A stretch of DNA of 51,692 bases, from the NCBI GenBank assembly GCA_018883975.1, contig JAHLFD010000245.1, positions 1-51,692 of the forward strand, written 5' to 3'. This DNA comes from Candidatus Niameybacter stercoravium. Lineage in GTDB: Bacteria > Bacillota > Clostridia > Lachnospirales > Cellulosilyticaceae. Below the pieces are notes generated by a model. That model was given only the letters and a program-made list of their open reading frames with translations, was not told the origin of the DNA and did no database searches. Positions 1 through 9,740 of this stretch are shown here, piece by piece; position 1 is the stretch's first letter, and each line of letters begins with the position of its first letter. The translations under genes were made by a program, and so were the position numbers.

Positions 1-62
1 GCCAAGTGGTAAGGCAGAGGTCTGTAACACCTTCATCACCAGTTCAAATCTGGTTGCCGCCT
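1..62 (+). tRNA. 5'-truncated tRNA with Cys-type body and anticodon GTA (reads Tyr codons)
   Basis: D arm GCC-AAGTGGTAA-GGC; anticodon stem GAGGT/ACCTT with loop CTGTAAC (GTA at 24-26); 4-nt variable loop; T arm ACCAG-TTCAAAT-CTGGT; acceptor 3' strand TGCCGCC followed by T discriminator; no encoded CCA. Confidence 0.9.
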
Positions 63-64
63 TT

Positions 65-100
65 AAAAAACAGCTTAGATAATATCTAAGCTGTTTTTTT
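65..100 (+). terminator. Intrinsic terminator after the tRNA
   Basis: CAGCTTAGAT-AAT-ATCTAAGCTG hairpin with A tract before and T tract after. Confidence 0.9.
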
Positions 101-200
101 GTTATGTAGAAAATTATATTGTCTAGACATTTAAAAAATTCCATATTATAATCGATAGATAGAACTTAAAAGAAGATATAATTGGAATAGAGGCCAAGAG

Positions 201-1883
201 ATGGAAGAGAAGATTACAGGTAAGCAAGTTGCTAAAGGTATTCTTATTTTAAGTATTGCAACATTTATAAGTAAAATAATAGGGGTGCTATATAGAATTC
301 CTATTGTTAACATATTAGGTGATGTAGGAAGTGCTATATATGCGCTGGCATATCAAGTGTATATATTAATCATTACAATAAGTTGTTTAGGGATTCCAAA
401 TGCTGTTGCTAGATTGATAGCAGAGTGTATGAGCCTTAAAGCTTATAATGATGCTAAGAAGATATTTAAAATTACATTTATCTATACAGCTAGTATTAGT
501 ATAATTTTAGCTTTAGGTTTATGGTTTGGAGCGGATAAGATAGCTCATCTCTTAAAAGGAGGAGAAGATATAGTCCTCCCTCTAAAAGCACTAGCACCAA
601 CAGTTGTTATAGTAAGTTTGATGGCAGTCATGAGGGGCTATTTTCAAGGAATGGGTAATATGATGCCTACAGCTATTTCACAGACAGTAGAACAACTTTT
701 TAATGCTATTTTCAGCGTATTATTAGCTTCATTATTCCTTCCATATGGCGTTAAAATAGCTGCTATGGGGGGTACATTAGGGACAGGTATAGGAGCTATA
801 GCCGGGGTTATAGCGATAGTTATTATATATAAAATAACGTCTTCTCAATATAATAAAATAGAGGATGTAGGTGTAGTTAAATCTATCTATCCAACGAATA
901 GACATATTATTAGGCAATTACTTATTACTGTCATACCTATCGTAATGACAGCCGCCTTATTTGCTTTAATGACATTAATAGATAATACAATGTTATTCCA
1001 TTATTTACCTGATACAGTAGAATATTTGAGGAATACAGGAGAGATTAGTAGGATACCAGTTACAAATGCTGCTCTCATGGATACACAAACTATAGTTACA
1101 AGTTTATCAGGACAATTTCTAAGTAAGTATACACAGTTTATTAATATACCTGTAGGGATTATTGCTGTAATTGTGACTTCTTCAATTCCTGCTATAGCAG
1201 GTGATCATGCTAGAAAAGATCAAAAGGGACTAACACATAAAATCAATAGAATACTAAAGATCGGTATGCTTATTGCAATGCCAGCAACAGTTGGATTAAC
1301 TTTATTTGGAGAACCAATCATGCAGTTGATTTATGCCTCAGCTCCAGATGGCGGTAGCTTATTTACAGTAGGGGCAATGGCTATTATATTCATGACTATA
1401 TCTCAACTTACAACAGGTGTATTGCAAGCGATAGGTAAACAATATTATGTGACAATATATGTAGTAGTAGCGTTAGCTGTAAAAATAGTTTTAAATATAG
1501 TATTATTATCCAATCCTGCTATTCATATTTATGGAATAACTATTAGTACAACTATTTGCTATATGATTTATACAATCCTTAATTTAATAGCTATTAAAAG
1601 GGTATTGAAGGTTAAGATAGAATGGAAACAAGTAATCACAAAGCCTATGATTGTTTCAATAGGTATGGGTGTAATGAGTTTCTTCCTATATAAAGGGTTT
1701 ATAAGGGTTACACATAGTGTGATAAAATCGACATTAATTATAGTACCAGTAGCAGTTTTAATTTATAGTATTGGGTGCATATTAACTAAGATAGTTACAT
1801 TAGATGATATTCAATATATTCCACTAGTTAATAAATATATAAAGAAATTCAAAGATAGGAATGTAAAAGATAATATAAATTAA
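201..1883 (+). CDS. SpoVB/YabM/MurJ-like MOP-family polysaccharide/lipid II flippase
   Basis: Polytopic membrane protein; N-terminal KGILILSIATFISKIIGVLYRIP and RGYFQG-M-PTAISQ-VEQ motifs typical of SpoVB/YabM/YtgP. Confidence 0.85.
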   Translation: MEEKITGKQVAKGILILSIATFISKIIGVLYRIPIVNILGDVGSAIYALAYQVYILIITISCLGIPNAVARLIAECMSLKAYNDAKKIFKITFIYTASISIILALGLWFGADKIAHLLKGGEDIVLPLKALAPTVVIVSLMAVMRGYFQGMGNMMPTAISQTVEQLFNAIFSVLLASLFLPYGVKIAAMGGTLGTGIGAIAGVIAIVIIYKITSSQYNKIEDVGVVKSIYPTNRHIIRQLLITVIPIVMTAALFALMTLIDNTMLFHYLPDTVEYLRNTGEISRIPVTNAALMDTQTIVTSLSGQFLSKYTQFINIPVGIIAVIVTSSIPAIAGDHARKDQKGLTHKINRILKIGMLIAMPATVGLTLFGEPIMQLIYASAPDGGSLFTVGAMAIIFMTISQLTTGVLQAIGKQYYVTIYVVVALAVKIVLNIVLLSNPAIHIYGITISTTICYMIYTILNLIAIKRVLKVKIEWKQVITKPMIVSIGMGVMSFFLYKGFIRVTHSVIKSTLIIVPVAVLIYSIGCILTKIVTLDDIQYIPLVNKYIKKFKDRNVKDNIN

Positions 1884-1908
1884 AAGTAGGCTTACGAGCC
1901 TACTTTTT
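1882..1908 (+). terminator. Intrinsic terminator
   Basis: AAAAGTAGGCT-TACG-AGCCTACTTTTT. Confidence 0.85.
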
Positions 1909-2048
1909 ATATTCTAAGGAAATTTTATTGTCTAGCTCGATAATCGGAAGTTTCTCTTTTCTATTATAAAAGGATTTAATTTATAATTCTTGAAAAATCA
2001 TGTATAATAAGAATTAAAAATGGTAATTAATCAAAGGAGGGTAAAGAA

Positions 2049-2243
2049 GTGAACTATCAAGTTGGAGATGTAGTGCAGATGAAGAAACCGCACCCTTGTG
2101 GGACTAATGCCTGGGAAGTCTTACGAGTTGGTGCGGATTTCAAGCTGCGCTGCGAAGAATGTAAACATATTGTTATGTTACCGCGTGATAAGTTTGAAAA
2201 AAATGTGAAAAAAATTTTAAAACATGCAGATTCTGAAGCTTAA
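2049..2243 (+). CDS. DUF951 family (YyzM-like) small protein
   Basis: GDVVQMKKPHPCG..W...RVGADF..RC..C motif; GTG start after AGGAGG; usual position upstream of rpsF. Confidence 0.85.
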   Translation: MNYQVGDVVQMKKPHPCGTNAWEVLRVGADFKLRCEECKHIVMLPRDKFEKNVKKILKHADSEA

Positions 2244-2279
2244 AAGCAACATTATCCAGCATGTTTTTCGTTAAAAAGC

Positions 2280-2308
2280 TTGTATTCATTACCTGTTTAT
2301 GATAAGAT
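2280..2308 (+). promoter_or_regulatory. SigA-type promoter of rpsF-ssb-rpsR
   Basis: TTGTAT-17 bp-TAAGAT with extended -10 TG. Confidence 0.65.
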
Positions 2309-2323
2309 AGTAAACTGTAATGT

Positions 2324-2370
2324 AATCCTTGCTCTACACAAGATGTAGGGCCAAAGTCCAAAAGGAGGTG
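2324..2370 (+). ncRNA. Putative S6:S18 ribosomal-protein leader
   Basis: CTCTACA/TGTAGGG hairpin followed by CCA, with upstream TCCTT able to pair with the AAGGA of the SD; directly 5' of rpsF, matching the known leader architecture. Confidence 0.6.
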
Positions 2371-2375
2371 CCAAG

Positions 2376-2666
2376 ATGAAAAACTACGAATTATCACTAG
2401 TATTTATCTCAACTTTAAGTGAAGAAGAAAAAGTAGCTAACCTTGAAAAAGTGAAAGAATTAATCGCTCGTTTCGGTGGTGAAGTTACTAACGTTGATGA
2501 TTGGGGCAAAAGAAAACTTGCTTATGAAATCAACAAACAAAAAGAAGGTTTCTACTACTTCATTCAATTCAATGCTGAGACATCAACTCCAGCAGAAGTT
2601 GAAAGCAGACTTCGTATCACAGAAACTGTTCTTCGTTACTTAATCGTACGTCTTGACGAAAAATAA
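2376..2666 (+). CDS. rpsF: 30S ribosomal protein S6
   Basis: MKNYEL...WGKRKLAYEI...RYLIVR; first gene of rpsF-ssb-rpsR. Confidence 0.98.
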   Translation: MKNYELSLVFISTLSEEEKVANLEKVKELIARFGGEVTNVDDWGKRKLAYEINKQKEGFYYFIQFNAETSTPAEVESRLRITETVLRYLIVRLDEK

Positions 2667-2693
2667 TAATAACCGTAAGAAGGAGGTTATGAT

Positions 2694-3149
2694 ATGAATA
2701 AAGTTATCCTAATGGGACGTTTAACACGTGATCCAGAAGTACGTTATTCACAATCTGCCAATCCAGTTGCAGTCGCAAGATATGGACTAGCTGTTAGAAA
2801 ACAATTTGCAAAACAGGGAGAACCAGATGTGGACTTCTTTAATATAGTTGCTTTTGGGAAAGCCGGAGAATTTGCAGAAAAGTTCTTTAGAAAAGGACAA
2901 ATGGTTGCAGTCGTAGGTAGACTCCAAACTAATAGTTGGGAAGACCAACAAAAAGTGAAACATACATCAATTGAGATTGTTGTAGAAGAGCAACATTTTG
3001 CAGAAAGTAAATCTTCAGCCGAATCAAGAGGTGTTATGACAAATAGCCCACTTGAAAGTATGTCCCCTGCCTCAACTAATCCTTCAGCTGGTCCAGTAGA
3101 TGGTTTTATGCCAACTACTATGGAAGAAGACGACGATTTACCATTCTAA
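2694..3149 (+). CDS. ssb: Single-stranded DNA-binding protein
   Basis: [15 protein letters not shown] start and acidic DDDLPF tail. Confidence 0.98.
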   Translation: MNKVILMGRLTRDPEVRYSQSANPVAVARYGLAVRKQFAKQGEPDVDFFNIVAFGKAGEFAEKFFRKGQMVAVVGRLQTNSWEDQQKVKHTSIEIVVEEQHFAESKSSAESRGVMTNSPLESMSPASTNPSAGPVDGFMPTTMEEDDDLPF

Positions 3150-3174
3150 ATCACTTAAAAGGAGGGAAAATACC

Positions 3175-3408
3175 ATGGCAATGCAAAAAAGACGTAACCG
3201 TAGAAGACGTAAAGTTAATCAATTTGCAGGTGATAACATCAAAAAAATCAACTACAAAGATATTAACACACTTAAAAAGTTTATCTCTGAAAGAGGTAAA
3301 ATTCTTCCTAGAAGAATTACAGGTAACTCTGCTAAAGCACAACGCAAACTTACAGTTGCTATCAAACGTGCAAGACATATAGCACTTTTACCATATACTC
3401 AAGACTAA
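3175..3408 (+). CDS. rpsR: 30S ribosomal protein S18 (Cys-free variant)
   Basis: [14 protein letters not shown]...QR.LT.AIKRAR..ALLPY; start moved to ATG 3175 after AAGGAGG. Confidence 0.97.
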   Translation: MAMQKRRNRRRRKVNQFAGDNIKKINYKDINTLKKFISERGKILPRRITGNSAKAQRKLTVAIKRARHIALLPYTQD

Positions 3409-3476
3409 TTAAGAATTATTAAATTCAATTCAGCACTATATAGAGAGACAAATAAGCGCACACACAATATGCACAC

Positions 3477-3503
3477 GCACTGCTTTTAGCAGTGCTTTTT
3501 TTT
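3477..3503 (+). terminator. Intrinsic terminator of the rpsF operon
   Basis: GCACTGC-TTTTA-GCAGTGC followed by T8. Confidence 0.9.
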
Positions 3504-3599
3504 ATCTATAAGATAGAGAGGTGCCTATAGTGGGGGACTATATATAATCTCTAAATTATGATATAATATAGAGGACTCATTGAGGAGGATTAAAAAGCT

Positions 3600-4574
3600 A
3601 TGAATCAAGATATAAGACAGTATGTAAAGTTATTGATGATAAGCCTTTTATATATTGCATTAGGGATTATAGGCATATATTCTAGTACACTTATCTTTTT
3701 AGTACCTTTATTAATGGCCCCTATGGCTATCTATTTAATGAGTAGCAAAAGAAACTATACAAGAGATATAATAATGCATGTGGTGATTAGTATACTTATT
3801 TTTGTCATGACTATGCGATTAGATGAGGCATTATTATATTTGATTAGTGTGGTAGCTCCTGCGCATATATTAGTAGCATGTTATAGAAAACAGTATCCTG
3901 TACCTCATGTTGCTATGTATACAGGGGTAGGGACAGTTGGGTTATTCTATATTTATATTGTAGCCATGAAGTATTTACAAATCGATTATATAGCAATGTA
4001 TAATGCCTTGTTAGACGCCTTTAAAGTAGAATATATCAAAATGATAGAAGAAATGAGTCAGATGACTAACCTGTCTGAACAAATGGCAGTGCAAATGAAG
4101 GTTATTAAAGAGCAGCTTCCAAAGATCATTTCTTTATTTAAGTACACCTATCCTGCCATGTTATTAGAAGCAGGTATTGTTATAGGGTTATTAAGTACAG
4201 CAATCATTACTCTAATTGGAAGAATGAAAAAGTGGCGTATGGCATCTCTTACACAACTTGTAAATTTCAAGTTTTCTAAATGGATGGCAGGGCTATTTTT
4301 AATTGCAGGATTTATTGTTCAATTTAGTGCAGGAGGAAATGATTCACTTACAGCACTTGGCATTAATCTTTACTATTTTATAAGCTATTTATTACAGCTT
4401 ATAGGGATTGTAGCGCTGATTATGATTATTAGAAAAAGTAAATGGAGCTCAGGCCTTAAGGTGATCAGTATTGTACTCAGTTTAATGATGTTTTGGACTA
4501 CACCATTCATAATGATGATTATTGGACTTGGAGATACTTTATTTAATCTTAGAAAAGTTGATATTATTGTTTAG
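3600..4574 (+). CDS. DUF2232/YybS-family membrane protein
   Basis: Multi-TM protein ending in IGLGDTLFNLRK; conserved position between rpsR and gdpP. Confidence 0.8.
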   Translation: MNQDIRQYVKLLMISLLYIALGIIGIYSSTLIFLVPLLMAPMAIYLMSSKRNYTRDIIMHVVISILIFVMTMRLDEALLYLISVVAPAHILVACYRKQYPVPHVAMYTGVGTVGLFYIYIVAMKYLQIDYIAMYNALLDAFKVEYIKMIEEMSQMTNLSEQMAVQMKVIKEQLPKIISLFKYTYPAMLLEAGIVIGLLSTAIITLIGRMKKWRMASLTQLVNFKFSKWMAGLFLIAGFIVQFSAGGNDSLTALGINLYYFISYLLQLIGIVALIMIIRKSKWSSGLKVISIVLSLMMFWTTPFIMMIIGLGDTLFNLRKVDIIV

Positions 4575-4592
4575 CTAGGGAAGGTAGAGACG

Positions 4593-6599
4593 ATGAGTAC
4601 AAAGAAAAAGAATCCATTAGGTTATATGGCCTATATAATACGCTTTGCCCAGGTGTGTTTTGTATTTGGAATAATACAAGGGATAGTAGGAATTTACTTT
4701 AACACCTTTTTTGGCATTTTTGAAGCTTTGATTTTTGTAGGTATGCTTGCATATAGTTTTATGTTAGAAAAGCGTTTAAAATCGCACATGCAAGCCGAAA
4801 TATTAGATCAAGTTAATGCTTTAGGTAAAATTAAAAAAGATATGTTTATAGATTCGCCTATTCCTATTGTTGTTATTGATAAAATTGGAACCATTGTATG
4901 GAGTAATGAATCTTTCAGAAGTATATTAGATGAGGAAGAAGATATAGATAAGAATATACGTGCTATATTCCCAGACTTTCAAATGGAGAACTTGCCAAAA
5001 GAAACAGAGCTCTATGAGCGAGATATCTTAAAGAACGAACAGCATTATCATATGATCTGTAACAAAGTTATAGATGTAGAAAATGCTTCTAACTTCCAAT
5101 ATGTATTATACTTTATTGATACAACGACTCAAAAAGAGTTAGAAGAACAAGTTAAGAAGCAACGATGCATGGTAGGTTATATCTATATTGATAACTACGA
5201 AGAGATTATGCAAAGCATAGAAGAAGTTAGAAGACCTATGTTAGGAGCTATCATTGATAGAAAGATTAATATATGGTTTAAAAATAATGATGTAGCAGTT
5301 TGTAAATTTGATAGGGATCGTTATATGATTTTCTTTACTCAAGAAAATCTAGAGAAGATGCAAAATCGTAAATTTGATATTTTAGATGAGCTTAGACATA
5401 TTCAGGTAGGTAATGATTTACCTGTTACTGTAAGCATTGGTATAGGGCGTAATTTTGACTCCCTTATTGGTTCTAAAGAAGACGCTAGAGCTGCTTTTGA
5501 CCTTGCATTAGGTCGTGGCGGGGATCAAGCGATTGTTAAGAAAAATGATAAATATACGTTTTATGGCGGTAAAACTAAAGAGGTTGAGAAGAGTACACGT
5601 GTAAAAGTAAGAATTAAAGCTTATGCTTTTAAAGAGCTATTACATGAGGCTGATAAAGTTCTTATTATGGGGCATCAGAATATTGATATGGACTGTTTAG
5701 GTGCAGCTATGGGTGTTTATAGAGCTGCTACCCTTATGGGTAAGAAAGCCCATATTATTTTACAGGACTCTACCTTTGCAGTACAGGAACTTTATAGTAG
5801 AATTATAGAATTACCTGAGTATCAAGATTTGTTTATTTCAAAAGAAAGAGCAGACCAAGAACTTACTAAACAGACATTAGTTGTCCTTGTAGATGTTCAT
5901 AGAAAGAGTTATTTAGAGTACCCAGCGCTTTTAGATAAGACAGACAATATAGTTGTATTTGATCACCATAGATTAAGCACAGATTACATCGAGAATGCAG
6001 TACTTACTTATATTGAACCGTTTATCTCTTCAACAAGTGAAATGATTTCAGAGATTCTTATTTATCTTGCAGATAAAGTAAAGCTTACTCAGATAGAAGC
6101 AGATGCACTTCTTGCAGGGATTACAGTAGATACTAAAAACTTTGCCTTTAAAGCAGGGGTAAGGACTTTTGAGGCTGCAGCCTTCCTTAGAAGGGCTGGT
6201 GCAGATAGTACAAGGGTACGTATGTTATTTCAAAATGATATGGAAACGTATAAGATTAAAGCAGCGACGATTAAAGATGCTGAAATATGGGATGAAGATA
6301 TTGCTGTGGCTGTTGTAACTAACAATCATATGCATTCTAATATTATAGCAGCTCAAATTGCTGATGAACTGCTTACTATTAAGGGTATACAGACTACATT
6401 TGTTATTACAGTTAATGGCCCTGATTTACAAGTTAGTGCAAGAGCTCTAGGTGATATGAATGTTCAACGTATTATGGAGATGCTAGGTGGAGGCGGGCAT
6501 AAGAATATTGCAGGTGCCCAGCTTAAAGATACAACAGTTGAAGATATGAAAGTAAAACTTAGAGAAGCAATTAATGATTATAAACAGGAAGGTGAATAG
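4593..6599 (+). CDS. gdpP: Cyclic-di-AMP phosphodiesterase GdpP (YybT)
   Basis: Two N-terminal TMs, PAS-like region, degenerate GGDEF (GGDQA), GH..D.D, DHH and GGGH motifs; synteny with rplI. Confidence 0.93.
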   Translation: MSTKKKNPLGYMAYIIRFAQVCFVFGIIQGIVGIYFNTFFGIFEALIFVGMLAYSFMLEKRLKSHMQAEILDQVNALGKIKKDMFIDSPIPIVVIDKIGTIVWSNESFRSILDEEEDIDKNIRAIFPDFQMENLPKETELYERDILKNEQHYHMICNKVIDVENASNFQYVLYFIDTTTQKELEEQVKKQRCMVGYIYIDNYEEIMQSIEEVRRPMLGAIIDRKINIWFKNNDVAVCKFDRDRYMIFFTQENLEKMQNRKFDILDELRHIQVGNDLPVTVSIGIGRNFDSLIGSKEDARAAFDLALGRGGDQAIVKKNDKYTFYGGKTKEVEKSTRVKVRIKAYAFKELLHEADKVLIMGHQNIDMDCLGAAMGVYRAATLMGKKAHIILQDSTFAVQELYSRIIELPEYQDLFISKERADQELTKQTLVVLVDVHRKSYLEYPALLDKTDNIVVFDHHRLSTDYIENAVLTYIEPFISSTSEMISEILIYLADKVKLTQIEADALLAGITVDTKNFAFKAGVRTFEAAAFLRRAGADSTRVRMLFQNDMETYKIKAATIKDAEIWDEDIAVAVVTNNHMHSNIIAAQIADELLTIKGIQTTFVITVNGPDLQVSARALGDMNVQRIMEMLGGGGHKNIAGAQLKDTTVEDMKVKLREAINDYKQEGE

Positions 6600-6600
6600 A

Positions 6601-7050
6601 ATGAAAGTTATTTTAACACAAGATGTAAAAAAAGTAGGTAAAAAAGGTGATGTTTTAGAAGTTAAAGATGGATACGCTAGAAATGCTCTTTTCCCAAAAG
6701 GTTTAGCAGTAGAAGCGAATGCAGTTAATCTTAATCAAAGAAAAGTAGAGCAACGTTCTGAAGATAAGAAAAAACAACAAGAATTAGATGCAGCTAACGA
6801 AACAAAAGCATTAATTCATGAGAAAAAAGTAAATATTCCTATTAAAACAGGTGAAGGCGGACGCGTATTTGGTTCTGTAACAACAAAAGAGATTGCAGAA
6901 AGTATTCAAGCTGCTTTTGGTATTAAAGTAGATAAGAAAAAAATCAATCTTGCTCAGCCTATTAAAGCAGTAGGAACAAAAACAGTAGAGATTAAATTAC
7001 ATCCAAAAGTAACAGCAGAAGTTACTGTCTGCACAGTTGAATCAAAATAA
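6601..7050 (+). CDS. rplI: 50S ribosomal protein L9
   Basis: MKVIL..DVK.VGKKG...[10 protein letters not shown]; GRVFGSVT; start moved to 6601. Confidence 0.98.
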   Translation: MKVILTQDVKKVGKKGDVLEVKDGYARNALFPKGLAVEANAVNLNQRKVEQRSEDKKKQQELDAANETKALIHEKKVNIPIKTGEGGRVFGSVTTKEIAESIQAAFGIKVDKKKINLAQPIKAVGTKTVEIKLHPKVTAEVTVCTVESK

Positions 7051-7077
7051 TTCATACTAAGGAAGAGAGGAACGTCT

Positions 7078-8409
7078 ATGGATGAGTCACAAATAATGCG
7101 TATTCCTCCACATAATATTGAAGCAGAGCAATCCGTAATCGGCGCCATTATTATGGATCATGAAGCACTTATAGTAGCTACTGAAACTTTAAAGCCAAAG
7201 GATTTTTATAGGCCGGATCATCAGGAAATTTATAGTGCTATTATGGAGCTTTATACTTCTAACAGTCCTGTAGACCTTGTTACGATTCAAAATAGGTTAT
7301 CTGAAAAAGGGGTTCTAGAACAGGTGGGTGGCATTAGCTATTTAGCGGAGCTTGCAACCATCGTTCCAACTTCTGCACATATTAAGGAATATGCAAAGAT
7401 TGTACAAGAGAAATCAATGCTTAGAAAGCTTATTAAAGCTAGTCAAGATATTAGTGCGAAAAGCTATGAAGGCGAAGAGGGACTTCATGATATTATGGGA
7501 TTTGCAGAAAAGCAAATTTTTGATATTACTCAAAATGTCCAAACAGAAGATTTCTCACATATTAATGAAATCGTTGTTACTTCTATCGATAAAATAGAAC
7601 AGGCACATGTTACAAAAGGCGGTATTACAGGTGTACCTACTGGGTTTATTGACTTAGACTATAAAACAGCAGGGATGCAACCTTCTGACCTTATTCTAGT
7701 TGCTGCTAGACCTTCTATGGGTAAGACAGCTTTCTCACTGAATATTATTCAAACCGCAGCTGTAAAGCATAAGAAAAAAGTAGCTGTATTCAGTCTGGAA
7801 ATGGCAAAAGACCAGCTCGTAAACCGTATGCTATGTGCAGAAGCACTAGTAGATGCACAGAAAGTACGTACAGGTAACTTAGAGCCAGAAGATTGGGACC
7901 GTATTGCTATGGCTATCCCTAATCTAAGTGCTGCAGATGTTTTTATAGATGATACACCTGGTATCTCTGTCATGGAAATGCGAGCTAAGTGTCGTAGGCT
8001 GAAACTTGAAAAAGGACTAGACCTTATTATGATTGACTACTTGCAGCTTATGACAGGTAGTTCAAAATCAGACTCAAGACAGCAGGAAATCTCAGAGATT
8101 TCACGTTCTCTAAAAGCACTTGCTAGAGAGATGCAGGCACCTGTAATTGCTTTATCACAGCTCTCTCGTGCGTGTGAAGCCCGTGCAGACCATAGGCCTA
8201 TGTTATCAGACCTTAGGGAATCTGGAGCTATCGAGCAGGATGCTGACGTTGTTATGTTCTTATATAGAGATGAGTATTATCACCCAGATTCAGATAAGAA
8301 GAACATTGGTGAAGTTATTATTGCAAAACAAAGAAATGGTCCAACAGGTACAGTAGAACTTGTATGGCTTGGACAATATACAAAATTTGTTAATAAAGAT
8401 AGAGAATAG
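7078..8409 (+). CDS. dnaB: Replicative DNA helicase (DnaB family; DnaC in Bacillus nomenclature)
   Basis: PPHNIEAEQSV, AARPSMGKT, IDYLQL, SDLRESGAIEQDAD, KQRNGPTG. No intein. Confidence 0.98.
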   Translation: MDESQIMRIPPHNIEAEQSVIGAIIMDHEALIVATETLKPKDFYRPDHQEIYSAIMELYTSNSPVDLVTIQNRLSEKGVLEQVGGISYLAELATIVPTSAHIKEYAKIVQEKSMLRKLIKASQDISAKSYEGEEGLHDIMGFAEKQIFDITQNVQTEDFSHINEIVVTSIDKIEQAHVTKGGITGVPTGFIDLDYKTAGMQPSDLILVAARPSMGKTAFSLNIIQTAAVKHKKKVAVFSLEMAKDQLVNRMLCAEALVDAQKVRTGNLEPEDWDRIAMAIPNLSAADVFIDDTPGISVMEMRAKCRRLKLEKGLDLIMIDYLQLMTGSSKSDSRQQEISEISRSLKALAREMQAPVIALSQLSRACEARADHRPMLSDLRESGAIEQDADVVMFLYRDEYYHPDSDKKNIGEVIIAKQRNGPTGTVELVWLGQYTKFVNKDRE

Positions 8410-8410
8410 T

Positions 8411-8444
8411 AAAAGAGGTATGAACATGAGTCATACCTCTTTTT
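8411..8444. terminator. Likely bidirectional terminator
   Basis: AAAAGAGGTATGA...TCATACCTCTTTT between convergent genes. Confidence 0.85.
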
Positions 8445-8506
8445 ATGTTATGAGTCTCCTATTAGATACGAGATAAGTAGTTATAGTATACAAGCTCTAT
8501 AAATGA

Positions 8507-9562
8507 CTATGCTTCTGCTAAAATACTATGGATTTCTGTAAAGATATCTTCTACATGCTCAATATGAGTAGCTTTATAAGCATTACTGCCACAGAATAGC
8601 AATGCATTTTCCGTATCACCATTAACGGCATGAATAAGGGCACTAGAAATACAATAAGGAATATCTGTTACACCACACTTATGAAGACAGTGGAAGAAGC
8701 AAGCTTTATTACCACGAGGGTTAGTGATAAAATCATTCAAAATAGCACGTCCTGGCATACCTACAGGGCTTTTAATAATACCTATACTATCTTCTGTGGA
8801 GTGAATATAGGCTTCTTTAAAGGCTAAATCAGCATCACATTCATGAGTTGTTACAAAGCGTGTTGCCATTTGTACACCATCGGCACCTTCTTTTAGTGCG
8901 CGTGCCACATCTTCGCCTGTATAAATACCACCAGCAGCAATAACAGGAATAGATTTATTATATTTTTGACCATATTCTAGGGCTATTGCCTTAACTTCTT
9001 TAACAAGATCCATAAGTACAGGAGGATTATCAAGTACATCAGCATGGAAGCCTAAATGACCACCTGCAAGAGGGCCTTCCACTACAATAGCATCAGGTGC
9101 ACATTGGTACTTCCTATCCCAGTGTTTACAGATAATATTAGCAGCCTTACCAGAAGACACAATAGGGACAATTTGAGTATTAGAACCTTTTGTATAGAGT
9201 GGGAGATCTAAAGGAAGTCCTGCGCCTGAGATAATAAGGTCAATTTTAGACTCTACAGCCTTTTTTACATATTCACCATAGTGTTTCATGGCGACCATTA
9301 AATTAACGCCAATAATACCTTCTGGTGCTTTTAAACGTGCTTTATGAATTTCATCTGCAAGAGCACGTAAATTTGCTTCAAGTGTATTCTTAATAAAGTC
9401 TTTTTCTCTATAGCCAATTTGTGCGCCTGAAATGATTCCTATACCACCACATTTTGCTACACTTCCAGCCAATGAGCTTAAAGATACGCCTACTCCCATA
9501 CCACCTTGGATAACTGGGAATTTTGGTCTTAAATGACCTATAATAAGTTTTGATATTGACAT
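8507..9562 (-). CDS. Nitronate monooxygenase/FabK-superfamily flavoprotein, FabX/UfaA-like
   Basis: PVIQGGMGVG, VEGPLAGGHLG, PVIAAGGI, GVQMATRF, SPVGMPGRA and C-terminal Cys cluster CFFHCLHKC...YCI; start moved to 9562. Confidence 0.8.
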   Translation of the reverse strand: MSISKLIIGHLRPKFPVIQGGMGVGVSLSSLAGSVAKCGGIGIISGAQIGYREKDFIKNTLEANLRALADEIHKARLKAPEGIIGVNLMVAMKHYGEYVKKAVESKIDLIISGAGLPLDLPLYTKGSNTQIVPIVSSGKAANIICKHWDRKYQCAPDAIVVEGPLAGGHLGFHADVLDNPPVLMDLVKEVKAIALEYGQKYNKSIPVIAAGGIYTGEDVARALKEGADGVQMATRFVTTHECDADLAFKEAYIHSTEDSIGIIKSPVGMPGRAILNDFITNPRGNKACFFHCLHKCGVTDIPYCISSALIHAVNGDTENALLFCGSNAYKATHIEHVEDIFTEIHSILAEA

Positions 9563-9740
9563 ATAACACCTCGTGAAATAAATTTTGATTAACAAATAAT
9601 TTGACTTTCAAAGTATATGCTTATTATAAAGAGACTATACAAAGATGTTGTGAAGAGAATAAATAATATTATTGAAAGTATGGAAAAATATGGTATAATT
9701 GAGAAAAAGGGTCTTTATACAAAAGATAGGGGGCAAATCA

